Of a DNA stretch of 64,000 nucleotides, positions 52,484 to 61,053 are shown piece after piece. The number at the start of each line of letters is the position of its first letter. Position 1 is the stretch's first letter. The stretch is from Streptosporangiaceae bacterium (GTDB lineage: Bacteria > Actinomycetota > Actinomycetes > Streptosporangiales > Streptosporangiaceae): positions 6,245 through 70,244 of the forward strand of contig DASVBE010000095.1 in NCBI GenBank assembly GCA_036375995.1, read 5' to 3'. The translations under genes were made by a program, and so were the position numbers. A model generated the notes under the pieces. It was not told where the DNA came from. It saw only the letters and a program-made list of their open reading frames with translations, and did no database searches.

Positions 52484-53004
52484 GGCTCGTGCGGGCCGAG
52501 CTTGACCACGGGGGAGGCGACGGGCAGCACCACCGGGACCTCGCCGGTCGTGATCTCGTGCTGCATCATGAACACGTCGACCGACGGGGTGACCTGCGGG
52601 CCCGGCTGGCCGTCGCTGCCGCCCGCGGCGAACGCGGCCGCGCCCAGCCCGACCACTAGGAACGCGACGGCGCCGGCTACTACGGTGCGCCCGGGCCGCA
52701 GTTCCCGCGGGCCGGCCACGGCGACCGGGAACGCGGCGGGCCACGACCACCCGGCGTCGCGGCCCGGCTCGCCAAACGCGAAGCCGGCCGAGGCCAGGTT
52801 CATCAGCCGGCGGGTCAGCGCGGGGTCACCGTCGTCCGCCGGGTCGCCGCCGAGGGAGTTCATCCGCCGCTTCAGCGTGCGCAGCGCGCTGGCTTCCCGG
52901 CGGCACAGCTCACAGCCGGCCAGGTGCGCCAGCACCCGGTCCTGCTCGGCCTCGGTCAGCTCGCCGTCGATCAGCGCGGACAGCCGCCGCCCGAGATGGC
53001 TCAC
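52480..53004 (-). CDS. Zinc-binding anti-sigma factor (ZAS, RseA-like)
   Basis: GTG at 53004 overlaps the sigE stop (GTGA). HLAGCELC = H-x3-C-x2-C. Central [22 protein letters not shown]. Confidence 0.8.
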   Translation of the reverse strand: MSHLGRRLSALIDGELTEAEQDRVLAHLAGCELCRREASALRTLKRRMNSLGGDPADDGDPALTRRLMNLASAGFAFGEPGRDAGWSWPAAFPVAVAGPRELRPGRTVVAGAVAFLVVGLGAAAFAAGGSDGQPGPQVTPSVDVFMMQHEITTGEVPVVLPVASPVVKLGPHEP

Positions 53005-53636
53005 AGCGGGCCTCCCTGCGGCAGCGGGAAGGCCGGGGCCACCCGCGGGGCCGGGGTGGTGTGCCGCGGCCTGCGATGCTCGAGCGCGACCCGGAGCTGA
53101 GCCCGGCCGCGGTGGATCCGGCTGCGCACGGTGCCGAGCTTCACGCCCAGCGTGTCGGCGATCTCCTCGTACGACAGGCCCTCGATGTCGCACAGGATGA
53201 CCGCGGCCCGGTACTCGGGGGCGAGGCCCTTCAGCGCGGCCTGGATGTCGTCGTCCAGGTGCCGCTCGTCGAAAGCCTCGGCCGGGGTCGGCTCCTTGCC
53301 GCCGAGCCGTGCCGCCGCGTCGTCGGCCAGCCCCTCGAACCGGATCCGCTGCTTGCGCCGTGCCGAGTCGAGGAAGAGATTCGTGGTGATGCGGTGCAGC
53401 CAGCCCTCGAACGTGCCGGGCGTGTAGCTGGGCAGCGAGCGGAACACCCGCATGAACACTTCCTGGGTCAGGTCCTCGGCGTCATGCGAGTTCCCGGTCA
53501 GCCGGTAAGCCAGCCGGTACACCCGGGCCGAGTGATCTTTGACGACCTGCTCCCAGGAGGGCGGAGTCCACCCCTCCCCGTCCGGCCCGGTCTCGGGCGC
53601 GGCGAGTGCGGTCGGCATGGCCCCTGCACGGTTCAC
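53001..53636 (-). CDS. sigE: ECF RNA polymerase sigma factor SigE
   Basis: ...[34 protein letters not shown]... (region 2) and ...[27 protein letters not shown] (region 4). Synteny with anti-sigma, tatB, mrp and the O-methyltransferase. Confidence 0.9.
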   Translation of the reverse strand: MNRAGAMPTALAAPETGPDGEGWTPPSWEQVVKDHSARVYRLAYRLTGNSHDAEDLTQEVFMRVFRSLPSYTPGTFEGWLHRITTNLFLDSARRKQRIRFEGLADDAAARLGGKEPTPAEAFDERHLDDDIQAALKGLAPEYRAAVILCDIEGLSYEEIADTLGVKLGTVRSRIHRGRAQLRVALEHRRPRHTTPAPRVAPAFPLPQGGPL

Positions 53637-53857
53637 GGTGATCCTGGTCTTCCTTCCGCTACGGGTCGCTTACTGACCATTCCAACACCGGACGGGGCCC
53701 TGGGCTTCCGCGGACAGCCGGTTTTTGCCATCACCAGACACCTGGGTAACGGCCAGAGCACCGGACTGGTTCCCGCGAACCCGCAGGCAGCCGCTAGGCT
53801 GCGGGTCACGAGCCAGCGGCGGGACCCGCCACGGTCCCGCGCTCCCCCAGCCCGCCC

Positions 53858-54541
53858 GTGCCCCCTCCGGAGGACGTCATCGCCAGCGAAGAGGACCCCC
53901 TGACCTATGTCGAGGAGTTTCTCCCCGAGGACGACGTGCTGCGGGCGACCAGGGTCAGCGCCGTGGAAACCGGCGGAGCCGAGCCGGTTACCCCGGCCAC
54001 CGGCGCGGCGCTGCGGTTCATCGCGGCGGCCATCGGCGCCCGGGCGGTGGTCGAGATCGGCACCGGGTGCGGCACGTCGGGAATCTGGCTGCTCCGGGGC
54101 ATGGCCGACGGCGGCGTGCTGACCAGCGTCGACTCCGAGCCTGAGCATCAGCGGCTGGCCCGCCGCGCGTTCGGCGAGGCCGGCTTCGCGTCCGGCCGCT
54201 ACCGGCTGATCAGCGGCCGGGCGCTGGAGGTGCTGCCGCGGCTCGCCGACGGCGCGTACGACATCGTGTTCTGCGACGCCGACCGGCAGGAGTACCCGGA
54301 CTACCTGATCGCGGCGCTGCGGCTGCTGCGGCCGGGCGGGATCGTGGCCTTCGACGACGCGCTGTGGCGCGGCCGGGTCACCGACGACCTGTGGCGGGAG
54401 CGGACCACGATCAGGAACCCCGGCGACCCCGGCGCCGCCGCGGTCCGCGAACTGCGCGAGCAGGTGCGGTCCGACGACCGGCTGGTGCCGCTGCTGCTGC
54501 CGACCGGCCAGGGGCTCCTGGCCGCGGTCCGGCGAGCTTAG
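53858..54541 (+). CDS. Class I SAM-dependent O-methyltransferase (caffeoyl-CoA OMT-like)
   Basis: GTG start. ...AVVEIGTGCGTSGIWLL...YDIVFCDADRQEYPDY...LRPGGIVAFDDALW... Confidence 0.88.
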   Translation: MPPPEDVIASEEDPLTYVEEFLPEDDVLRATRVSAVETGGAEPVTPATGAALRFIAAAIGARAVVEIGTGCGTSGIWLLRGMADGGVLTSVDSEPEHQRLARRAFGEAGFASGRYRLISGRALEVLPRLADGAYDIVFCDADRQEYPDYLIAALRLLRPGGIVAFDDALWRGRVTDDLWRERTTIRNPGDPGAAAVRELREQVRSDDRLVPLLLPTGQGLLAAVRRA

Positions 54542-54557
54542 GGCCTGTCTCAGACCG

Positions 54558-54579
54558 CCGGGCGGGCCAGCCCGCCCGG
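54558..54579. terminator. GC-rich hairpin between convergent OMT and pepA genes
   Basis: CCGGGCGGG-ccag-CCCGCCCGG is a perfect 9-bp stem. It ends 1 nt before the pepA stop codon. Confidence 0.4.
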
Positions 54580-56118
54580 TCAGCCGGCCCGGTCGGTCAG
54601 CCAGCGCAGCAGCAGCCGGGTGCCGAACCCGGTGGCGCCCCGGGTGATCTCGCCGTCGTCGGAGCCGGCCCGGGCGGCGCCGGCCACGTCCAGGTGGGCC
54701 CACGGCCGGCCGCCGGAGAACTCACGCAGGAACAGGGCGGCGGCGATGGACCCGGCGTAGGAGCCGGCCGTGCCGGGCCGGGCCACGTGGGCCAGGTCGG
54801 CAACGGGCGAGTCGAGGGCGTCGGTGTAGTCCTGCACCAGCGGCATGCGCCACAGCCGGTCGCCGCTGGCCTGCCCGGCGGCCAGCAGCCCGGCGGCGAC
54901 CCTGTCGTCGGTCGCGTACAGCGCGCCCAGGCTGGTGCCCAGCGCGACCCGGGCCGCGCCGGTCAGCGTGGCGATGTCGACCAGCGCGTCGGGCTGGTGC
55001 ACCGCGTCGGCGTAGGCCAGTGCGTCGGCCAGCACCAGACGGCCCTCGGCGTCGGTGTTCAGCACCTCGACCGTGCGGCCGCCGTAGTGGGTGATCACGT
55101 CGCCGGGCCGGTAGGCCGAGCCGGACGGGAGGTTCTCGGCCGCCGCGATCAGGCCGGTGACCCGGGCCGTGACGCCCAGTTCGGCCAGCGCGGAGAGCAC
55201 CGCGATCACCACGGCGCCGCCGGCCATGTCGGTCTTCATCAGCTTCATGCCGTCGTTGGGCTTGAGCGACAGCCCGCCGCTGTCGAACGTGATGCCCTTG
55301 CCGGCCAGCACGATGTGAGCCTGCGCGCCGTCGGGCCGGTAGGTCAGCTCGATCAGCCGGGGCGGCCGGGCGGAGCCCGAGCCCACCGCGAGCAGGCCGC
55401 CGAAGCCGTCCGCGGCCAGCGCGTCCTCGTCCCAGATGCGGCAGCCCAGGCCCGCCGCGGCGGCGGCCTGCTCGGCCTGGGCGGCCAGCCAGGCTGGGCC
55501 CTTCACCGCGGACGGGGTGTTGGTCAGGTCCCGGGCCAGGGCCACCGCGCGGGCGATGACCTGAGCCCGGTCCACCGCCGCGGCCAGCGGGCCGCCTGCG
55601 GCCGCCGCGCCCGCCGGGGCGAGCAGCTGCACCTGGCCGGGGCGGGACGCGCCGTTGCCGGACTTCAGCGAGAACGTGTAGCCGCCGAGCAGGATGCCCT
55701 CGGTGAGGGCCTGGGCGGCGGCCGGCCCTGGCAGCGCCGAGGCCGCGGTGGTGACGATGGACTTGCCGTGCGCGGCCCGGCGGCCCAGCGCGGCCCCGGC
55801 CCGGCGCAGCGCGGCCGGGGACTGGTCACCCACGCCGAGCAGGAGCAGCCGGGTGCGGGCAGCGTTGAGGCCGAGGGCGGACTCGGCGGTCTCGCCGGGG
55901 CGGCCCGCCAGCTCGGCGGCCGCGATCACCGCGGCGGCCCCGCCCGCGGGCAGGTACGGGTCAAGCTCCGGGCGGCCACCGGACAGGTCGTCCGGGCCGA
56001 CCGGCACGGCAAACAGATCAGGGACGGGCGCTTCGCCCGCGGCCAGCGCCGCCAGGAAACCGCCGGCCAGGGGCTGCCCGTCCGCGGGCCTGAGCCCGAC
56101 GGGGATCTCGATAGGCAA
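54580..56118 (-). CDS. pepA: Leucyl aminopeptidase (M17)
   Basis: ...VGKGITFDSGGLSLKP...MKTDMAGGA...NTDAEGRLVLADAL... The TTG start at 56118 is 3 nt after the DUF3117 gene stop. Confidence 0.9.
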   Translation of the reverse strand: MPIEIPVGLRPADGQPLAGGFLAALAAGEAPVPDLFAVPVGPDDLSGGRPELDPYLPAGGAAAVIAAAELAGRPGETAESALGLNAARTRLLLLGVGDQSPAALRRAGAALGRRAAHGKSIVTTAASALPGPAAAQALTEGILLGGYTFSLKSGNGASRPGQVQLLAPAGAAAAGGPLAAAVDRAQVIARAVALARDLTNTPSAVKGPAWLAAQAEQAAAAAGLGCRIWDEDALAADGFGGLLAVGSGSARPPRLIELTYRPDGAQAHIVLAGKGITFDSGGLSLKPNDGMKLMKTDMAGGAVVIAVLSALAELGVTARVTGLIAAAENLPSGSAYRPGDVITHYGGRTVEVLNTDAEGRLVLADALAYADAVHQPDALVDIATLTGAARVALGTSLGALYATDDRVAAGLLAAGQASGDRLWRMPLVQDYTDALDSPVADLAHVARPGTAGSYAGSIAAALFLREFSGGRPWAHLDVAGAARAGSDDGEITRGATGFGTRLLLRWLTDRAG

Positions 56119-56121
56119 CGG

Positions 56122-56289
56122 TCAGCCGGTAGCCGACTTGAGCGCATCCCCGAGGGCCGCCGCTTCGGTGGCGGACAGCTCGACCACGAGGCGGCCGCCG
56201 CCCTCTAGCGGTACGCGCATGACGATGCCGCGGCCCTCCTTGGTCACTTCAAGCGGACCGTCTCCCGTCCGCGGCTTCATCGCCGCCAT
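56122..56289 (-). CDS. DUF3117 small protein
   Basis: ATG at 56289. MAAMKPRTGDGPLEVTKEGRGIVMRVPLEGGGRLVVELSATEAAALGDALKSATG is a highly conserved actinobacterial 55-mer. The track ORF extension to 56382 was not used. Confidence 0.88.
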   Translation of the reverse strand: MAAMKPRTGDGPLEVTKEGRGIVMRVPLEGGGRLVVELSATEAAALGDALKSATG

Positions 56290-56480
56290 CCTGACTCCCC
56301 TTCCCGCCGCGAGACCGAACGGAACTACCCAGAACCCGCGGCACCAGAGCTCTGGCAACCTGGCGGGACCGGCCTGCCACAACCATGATGATCAGTACCT
56401 CTATTATCCAGAGTTCAGGCCCCGCATGGTAACGATCAGCATTCCAGCATGGACAGATAGGTTTTTCGCGGACCCCAGGC

Positions 56481-57296
56481 ATGGACGCCAGATCAGCGCT
56501 CTTCGACCTCTACGGTGATCACCTGCGCTCGCGCGGGGCCAAGGCCCCGGTCGCCGCGCTGGTCAGGCTGCTGGCGCCGCTCGGCATCGCGGCACCGGCC
56601 GTGCGCACCGCGGTTTCCCGGATGGCGCGGCAGGGCTGGCTGGAGCCGGTCCGGCTGGCCGACGGCCCCGGATACGCGCTGACGCCGCGCGCGGTCCGGC
56701 GGCTGGACGAGGCGGCCGAGCGGATTTACCGGCACGGCGAGCCGTCCTGGGACGGCCAGTGGCACATGATTGTGGTCGCGCCGGTACGCGACCGGGCCTG
56801 CCGGGAGCGGCTCCGGGCCGGTCTCGGTTACCTCGGCTACGCCGCGATCGGCGAGACGAGCTGGATCAGCCCGCGGCCGTCGCCCGAACTGGAGCCGCTG
56901 CTGCGGGCCGAGCGGGTACGCGCCGAGCGGTTCACCGCGCAGTACGACGGGGACCCGGCCGGCCTGCTGGCCCGGGCCTGGGACCTGGACGGCCTGGCGC
57001 ACGCCTACACGGGCTGGCTGACCGAGGCGGCCGGGCTGGTGGCGGGCCTGGGCCCGGACGCGCCGGATGAGCAGGTTTTCGCGGTGCGCAGCAAGCTCGT
57101 GCACGAGTGGCGGAAGTTCCTGTTCACCGACCCGGGCCTGCCTGCCGCGCTGCTGCCCGCCCAGTGGCCGGGGCGGCGGGCGGCGGCGCTGTTCGAGGCG
57201 GAGTCGGCCCGGCTGCTGCCGGCCGCCGCCGCGTTCGTGGACAGCTGCCTGCGCCCGCACGGCACCGGCGCGGGCCGCCCGTCCGCCCATAACTGA
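56481..57296 (+). CDS. PaaX-family transcriptional regulator
   Basis: ...SALFDLYGDHLRSRG...VRLLAPLGIAAPAVRTAVSRMARQGWL...WISP...KFLFTDPGLP... No paa catabolic genes in the window. Confidence 0.8.
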   Translation: MDARSALFDLYGDHLRSRGAKAPVAALVRLLAPLGIAAPAVRTAVSRMARQGWLEPVRLADGPGYALTPRAVRRLDEAAERIYRHGEPSWDGQWHMIVVAPVRDRACRERLRAGLGYLGYAAIGETSWISPRPSPELEPLLRAERVRAERFTAQYDGDPAGLLARAWDLDGLAHAYTGWLTEAAGLVAGLGPDAPDEQVFAVRSKLVHEWRKFLFTDPGLPAALLPAQWPGRRAAALFEAESARLLPAAAAFVDSCLRPHGTGAGRPSAHN

Positions 57297-57297
57297 T

Positions 57298-57341
57298 CGA
57301 AGTGCCGTCGCCTGGCGCAGAAGGCAAGCGGCGGCACTTCG
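57298..57341 (+). terminator. Hairpin immediately after paaX-like gene
   Basis: CGAAGTGCCG(T)CGCC...GGCG-GCACTTCG with about a 12-bp stem. No clear T-tract. Confidence 0.35.
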
Positions 57342-57484
57342 GTCACATCAGGCCGGGGGGCAGGCGGCTCCGATCTGCGGAGTGGGTACTGGGCCACTGC
57401 CGTATTCCTTAAGGCAGGAGCACGGCGGGGCGGGCGGCTACGGCGGTCCGGCAGGCTACCGCCGGCCGAACCGCTCCAGGTGGC

Positions 57485-58399
57485 TCAGATCCAGGCGACG
57501 GCCCACGGCTCGAGCTCCTCGTGCGAGCAGACGATCTCCTCGGTCACGTCCACCAGATCGGTGATCGGGCGGCGCCGGTAGCTGCCGTCCGCGTGCTTCC
57601 ACGAGACGTAGTTGCGCTGCACCCAGATCGTCAGGTCGCGGGTGACGGACAGGACCGACATGCCGGTCTCCGGCTCGTCGACCCGGACCAGGCGGCCGCC
57701 GATGCCGCGCTCGGTGAGCATGGCCTCCAGCTCGTTGATCGCCTCCCAGGAGGTGACCACCGGGCGGTGCGAGCGGGTCGAGTCGCAGGCCGGGGGCAGC
57801 CGCAGCGAGAACCAGACCACCTTGCCCGGGACCTTCCAGCTGCCGAGCCGGGACCTGGTGGGGTGATAGCCCCACTGGCCGGCCGACAGGCCGTTGACGA
57901 CCTGAAGCCCGCGGCCGTTGGTCGAGTCGAGCTTGTGCGCCTTGGGGTCCGGGATCTGGCCGGTCTTCCAGCCCTGCTGGGAGTCGAAGACCTTGCAGAC
58001 CAGCTCACAGCGGGCGCCCGAGCCGCGCAGGTACAGCCAGATCTCGGGGAAGCCGGTAACCGGGCGCTGACGGCCCGCGCCGAACTCCACGTTGCCCTGG
58101 GAGTGCATGGTGTTCGCAGCAAGTTCGCTGGCCATGGTGATGCCGTCGTGGACTAGGTCCCCGGGCATTCCCATTCCCGCAACAGCCTCGCGGAACAGGT
58201 GGCGGGCGGCGCCGGCACAGCTACCGTCCAGGGGAAGCGGCCTGGCGAAGCACCCACCCGAGCGCACACTGAGCTGCACACGGGTCTGCGGTGCCGTCGC
58301 GAAGGCCTCGGCCACCGGTGCTGCCAGGAAACCATCGGACGATGGCCGACCTGGCCCGCCGGGCCGGTCCTCCCCGCTGTCCGCGGGCGACGGTAACAT
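57485..58399 (-). CDS. ATP-binding protein (SpoIIAB/HATPase-like, WhiJ-locus type) fused to an unrecognised ~100-aa C-terminal domain
   Basis: ATG at 58399 preceded by GGAGGAG. ...ARHLFREAV...ITMASELAANTMHS...STNGRGLQVVNGLSAGQWGY...VVWFSL... then a 101-aa extension. The 42 upstream codons of the track ORF are AT-rich promoter DNA. Confidence 0.7.
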   Translation of the reverse strand: MLPSPADSGEDRPGGPGRPSSDGFLAAPVAEAFATAPQTRVQLSVRSGGCFARPLPLDGSCAGAARHLFREAVAGMGMPGDLVHDGITMASELAANTMHSQGNVEFGAGRQRPVTGFPEIWLYLRGSGARCELVCKVFDSQQGWKTGQIPDPKAHKLDSTNGRGLQVVNGLSAGQWGYHPTRSRLGSWKVPGKVVWFSLRLPPACDSTRSHRPVVTSWEAINELEAMLTERGIGGRLVRVDEPETGMSVLSVTRDLTIWVQRNYVSWKHADGSYRRRPITDLVDVTEEIVCSHEELEPWAVAWI

Positions 58400-58424
58400 G
58401 CTCCTCCGCCTTCGCGACTTAGGT

Positions 58425-58441
58425 ATCTGTGAAGCACAGAT
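58425..58441. promoter_or_regulatory. 17-bp perfect palindrome ATCTGTGAAGCACAGAT overlapping a CATAAT -10-like box upstream of the ATPase gene
   Basis: Read directly. The minus strand reads ...ACTCATAATCTGTGCTTCACAGATACC... about 25-40 nt upstream of the ATG at 58399. Confidence 0.45.
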
Positions 58442-58687
58442 TATGAGTCGTTCGGCCGTCTTCGCAATGGCCTCAGCCGAAAATGCCCAGATTTCAGGGG
58501 AATCAGATAGTAACGGGACGGGCACAGTCGTGTCACCCCGGTCCGTGGCATCTTGGCTCCCTGCCGCCCCACAGACACCTCCAGGCGTCAGGAAGGCGCT
58601 CTAGTGCTGCTCACGGGCTCGCGTGTACAGTCGCAGTCGCGGCAGTCCCCTCATCAGGCCTGCCGGGCCTTGAGACAGGCTGGCAAA

Positions 58688-58724
58688 GGAGAACCCCCCA
58701 GGGCTGCATCCCGGGGGGTTCTCC
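58688..58724 (-). terminator. Intrinsic terminator-like hairpin after the XRE-DUF397 operon
   Basis: GGAGAACCCCCC-(13 nt)-GGGGGGTTCTCC is a 12-bp perfect stem. On the minus strand it is followed by TTTGCC. Lies 16 nt downstream of the DUF397 TAA stop. Confidence 0.6.
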
Positions 58725-58739
58725 GTCTGTTGGTGGCGC

Positions 58740-58946
58740 TTAGCCAGCCAGATCAAACCGGCCGGACTTGAGATCGGCGAGGAACGCCGCGAACGCCACG
58801 CGATCCACCACGTGCGCACCGGCCTCGGGGCGGGTGCTGTCACGGAGGGCGGTAACGCCGGGAAGGTTGGCGGCGATCTCCACGCAGCCCCCGTTGTGGG
58901 CACTCATCGTGGACTTGCGCCAGGCTGCTTGAGACAGGTCGGTCAT
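58740..58946 (-). CDS. DUF397 protein
   Basis: MTDLSQAAWRKSTMSAHNGGCVEIAANLPGVTALRDSTRPEAGAHVVDRVAFAAFLADLKSGRFD. An alternative upstream ATG at 58973 overlaps the XRE gene. Confidence 0.85.
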   Translation of the reverse strand: MTDLSQAAWRKSTMSAHNGGCVEIAANLPGVTALRDSTRPEAGAHVVDRVAFAAFLADLKSGRFDLAG

Positions 58947-58953
58947 GGTGTGC

Positions 58954-59805
58954 TCACTCCAGTTGCTCGGCAAGTTGCCTGAGGAAGGCCGCGGTGTCGG
59001 CAGGCTCTAATGCCCCGTCCCGAGCGCGGCTGAAGGCCTCTTCGTAGGCGCTGACGGAATCCGCGCTGCTCACCTCCTCGATCGCGTAGTCGGTTTCCAT
59101 GAACACGAGACTCGGCTCCCCGTTCGGAAAGCTGAAGATATTGATCATGGAAAGCATGCCGGGGTAGGGGCCGTCGGCGAACCGCTGGATGCGCAGCTCG
59201 ACGTTGGGCCGACCGCCGATCTCGGCCAGGTGCGCGATCTGCTCGTACTGGTCGGCACGGGTGCCCCAGCGGAACAGCAGGGCGGCTTCGGTGATCACCG
59301 CAGCCACCTTGGGGGCCGTCGGCCCGGTACGGGTGAGGATCTCCTGCCGGCGCAGCCGGGTCTCCAGCGCCTTCTGCCGCCAGGCGGGCGACCGCGGGCC
59401 CGTGCGCAGGCCGGCTTCCACGTAGGCGGCGGTCTGCAGGAGACCAGGCAGGATCAGCGGCATGAACACGCGGATCTGACTGGCATCGTTCTCGAAGCCG
59501 GGGAACTCGTTGCCGAAGATCTCCGGGTACTCCCGCCACCACGGCCGGGCGCGGGCCCGGATGGCCAGGTCCTCGAGCTCGTCCTGAACGGTGGTATCAG
59601 CGTTGTAGATCCGCAGCAGGTCGCGGATATCGCTCATCTCGGGGCGCTTCCACTGATTGGCCTCAAAACGGCCAACCTTGCCCCGGCCCCAGTTCAGGAT
59701 GTCGCACACATGGTTGGCGGTGTAACCGCTGGCTACCCTGAGCTCGGCGAGCCGACGGGACAGCCGCCGTTTGGCGATTGTGGCGCCGTAGGCGTCGTCC
59801 GTCAT
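58954..59805 (-). CDS. XRE-family (WhiJ-like) helix-turn-helix regulator
   Basis: ...IAKRRLSRRLAELRVASGYTANHVCDILNWGRGKVGRFEA... is the N-terminal HTH. The long C-terminal domain is typical of the Streptomyces WhiJ/AbaA-type XRE proteins that pair with DUF397. Confidence 0.85.
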   Translation of the reverse strand: MTDDAYGATIAKRRLSRRLAELRVASGYTANHVCDILNWGRGKVGRFEANQWKRPEMSDIRDLLRIYNADTTVQDELEDLAIRARARPWWREYPEIFGNEFPGFENDASQIRVFMPLILPGLLQTAAYVEAGLRTGPRSPAWRQKALETRLRRQEILTRTGPTAPKVAAVITEAALLFRWGTRADQYEQIAHLAEIGGRPNVELRIQRFADGPYPGMLSMINIFSFPNGEPSLVFMETDYAIEEVSSADSVSAYEEAFSRARDGALEPADTAAFLRQLAEQLE

Positions 59806-59856
59806 CCGCGATCTCCCTCTTGACAGGGCATCCCATCTAGCATACCGCTACTTAAG

Positions 59857-59869
59857 TTGTGATTCACAA
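59857..59869. promoter_or_regulatory. 13-bp palindrome TTGTGATTCACAA in AT-richer promoter region of the XRE gene
   Basis: Read directly. It overlaps ACTTAAGTTG (59850..59859), a 10-mer also present in the operator at 7412..7421. Confidence 0.4.
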
Positions 59870-59950
59870 ACCTTATCATCGCTGGTGGCCGGTACCCGGA
59901 AATATCACCAGATCAGGGCGGTCTTAACAGGGTTAGCGGATATGCCCAGA

Positions 59951-60229
59951 TCAGCGGGCTGCGTCGTCGAACTCGCCCTTGCGCACGCCGTCCAGGAAGC
60001 AGACCCACTCGTGCCGGTCGTACACCAGAACGCGCTGCTCCGGGTCCCCGGTGACCCGCAGCAGCACCCAGCCGCCGGGCTGGTTCTGGTCGGCCACGAG
60101 AGCGATCTCGATGCTGCCGTCACCAGCACCGGACCGCTGCCAGTCCAGCGTGGCCAGCTCGACGCCAAGGGTGTCGGCAGCGGGCTTGCGGGTGCGGGGG
60201 GTTCTGGCCAGTTCTGGGTGGCTCGTCAT
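59951..60229 (-). CDS. DUF397 protein (second copy)
   Basis: ...LDWQRSGAGDGSIEIALVADQNQPGGWVLLRVTGDPEQRVLVYDRHEWVCFLDGVRKGEFD. ATGA overlap with the upstream methyltransferase gene. Confidence 0.8.
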   Translation of the reverse strand: MTSHPELARTPRTRKPAADTLGVELATLDWQRSGAGDGSIEIALVADQNQPGGWVLLRVTGDPEQRVLVYDRHEWVCFLDGVRKGEFDDAAR

Positions 60230-61053
60230 ATCCGCCGGGCCACACCACAGTAGAGAATGCGCGACCCGTCGGAATCAGCGGCGCGCTCGTCCTCGGCGCC
60301 CCAGCTGCCGGCGAAGGTCAGGCCGGGCTTGGCGCCGGCGAACGGAGACACCAGCGCGAAGCCCTCGAAGAGCCGCTCGACCTCGGCCCGGGTGCGCAGG
60401 TGCATGGGGAAGGGGGTGCGGGCGTAGGCGTCGTTAATAGCCTGAACCGCCGCGGGTGGCAGCCGGTCCGCGGTGCAGTGCGAGATGGCCACGTAGCTGC
60501 CGGGGACCATCGCCGCGTGGTAGCGCGCCATCAGCTGCCACGGGTCGGTCTCGTCGTCCACGAACTGCAGCACGCCGGTCAGCAGCAGCCCGAGGGGCTG
60601 GGTCAGGTCGATCAGCTCGGTGAACGCGGGCTCGGCGAACAGCTGCTCCGGCTCGCGCATGTCGCCCTCGATGACCGCGGTCCGCGCGGTGCCGTTCAGC
60701 GTCCTGCGGGCGTAGTCCAGGACCATCGGGTCGTTGTCCACGTAGACCAGCCGGGCGTCGGGCGCCAGCTGCCGCACGGCCTCATGCGTGGTGCCCTGGG
60801 TGGGCAGCCCCGAGCCGAGATCGAGGAACTGGCGGACGCCGTGCTCACTGGCCATCCAGCGGGCCGCGCGGTGGTGGAAGCCGCGGTTCGCCCAGGCCGC
60901 GTCGCTGAGCTCGGGCAGCCGGCGGCGCAGCTCCTCGGCGACCTCCCGGTCGACCGGGAAGTAGCTGGTCCCGCCCAGGTAGTAGTTGTAGAGGCGAGCC
61001 GGGGTGGGCATGGTCGGATCGACGCCCGGCGGCGCCTGCTCCGACTCGGTCAT
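60226..61053 (-). CDS. SAM-dependent methyltransferase (DUF574 family)
   Basis: ATG at 61053 preceded by GGAGGT. ...PTPARLYNYYLGGTSYFPVDREVAEEL...RQFLDLGSGLPT...VYVDNDPMVL... is typical of DUF574. Confidence 0.82.
   Translation of the reverse strand: MTESEQAPPGVDPTMPTPARLYNYYLGGTSYFPVDREVAEELRRRLPELSDAAWANRGFHHRAARWMASEHGVRQFLDLGSGLPTQGTTHEAVRQLAPDARLVYVDNDPMVLDYARRTLNGTARTAVIEGDMREPEQLFAEPAFTELIDLTQPLGLLLTGVLQFVDDETDPWQLMARYHAAMVPGSYVAISHCTADRLPPAAVQAINDAYARTPFPMHLRTRAEVERLFEGFALVSPFAGAKPGLTFAGSWGAEDERAADSDGSRILYCGVARRI

Noticed and set aside
54537-54556. TTAGGGCCTGTCTC at the OMT stop resembles the terminus of the 31841..32008 element, as a possible solo TIR.
   Set aside because: Only about 14 nt match, and no opposite terminus or arm sequence lies nearby. 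The downstream sequence is an ordinary GC hairpin. I cannot distinguish this from chance without a genome-wide search.
59857-59869. TTGTGATTCACAA as a Rex (TTGTGAA-N4-TTCACAA) or CRP (TGTGA-N6-TCACA) site.
   Set aside because: The half-sites are similar, but the spacing (1 nt) is wrong for either regulator. It is reported only as a generic palindrome.
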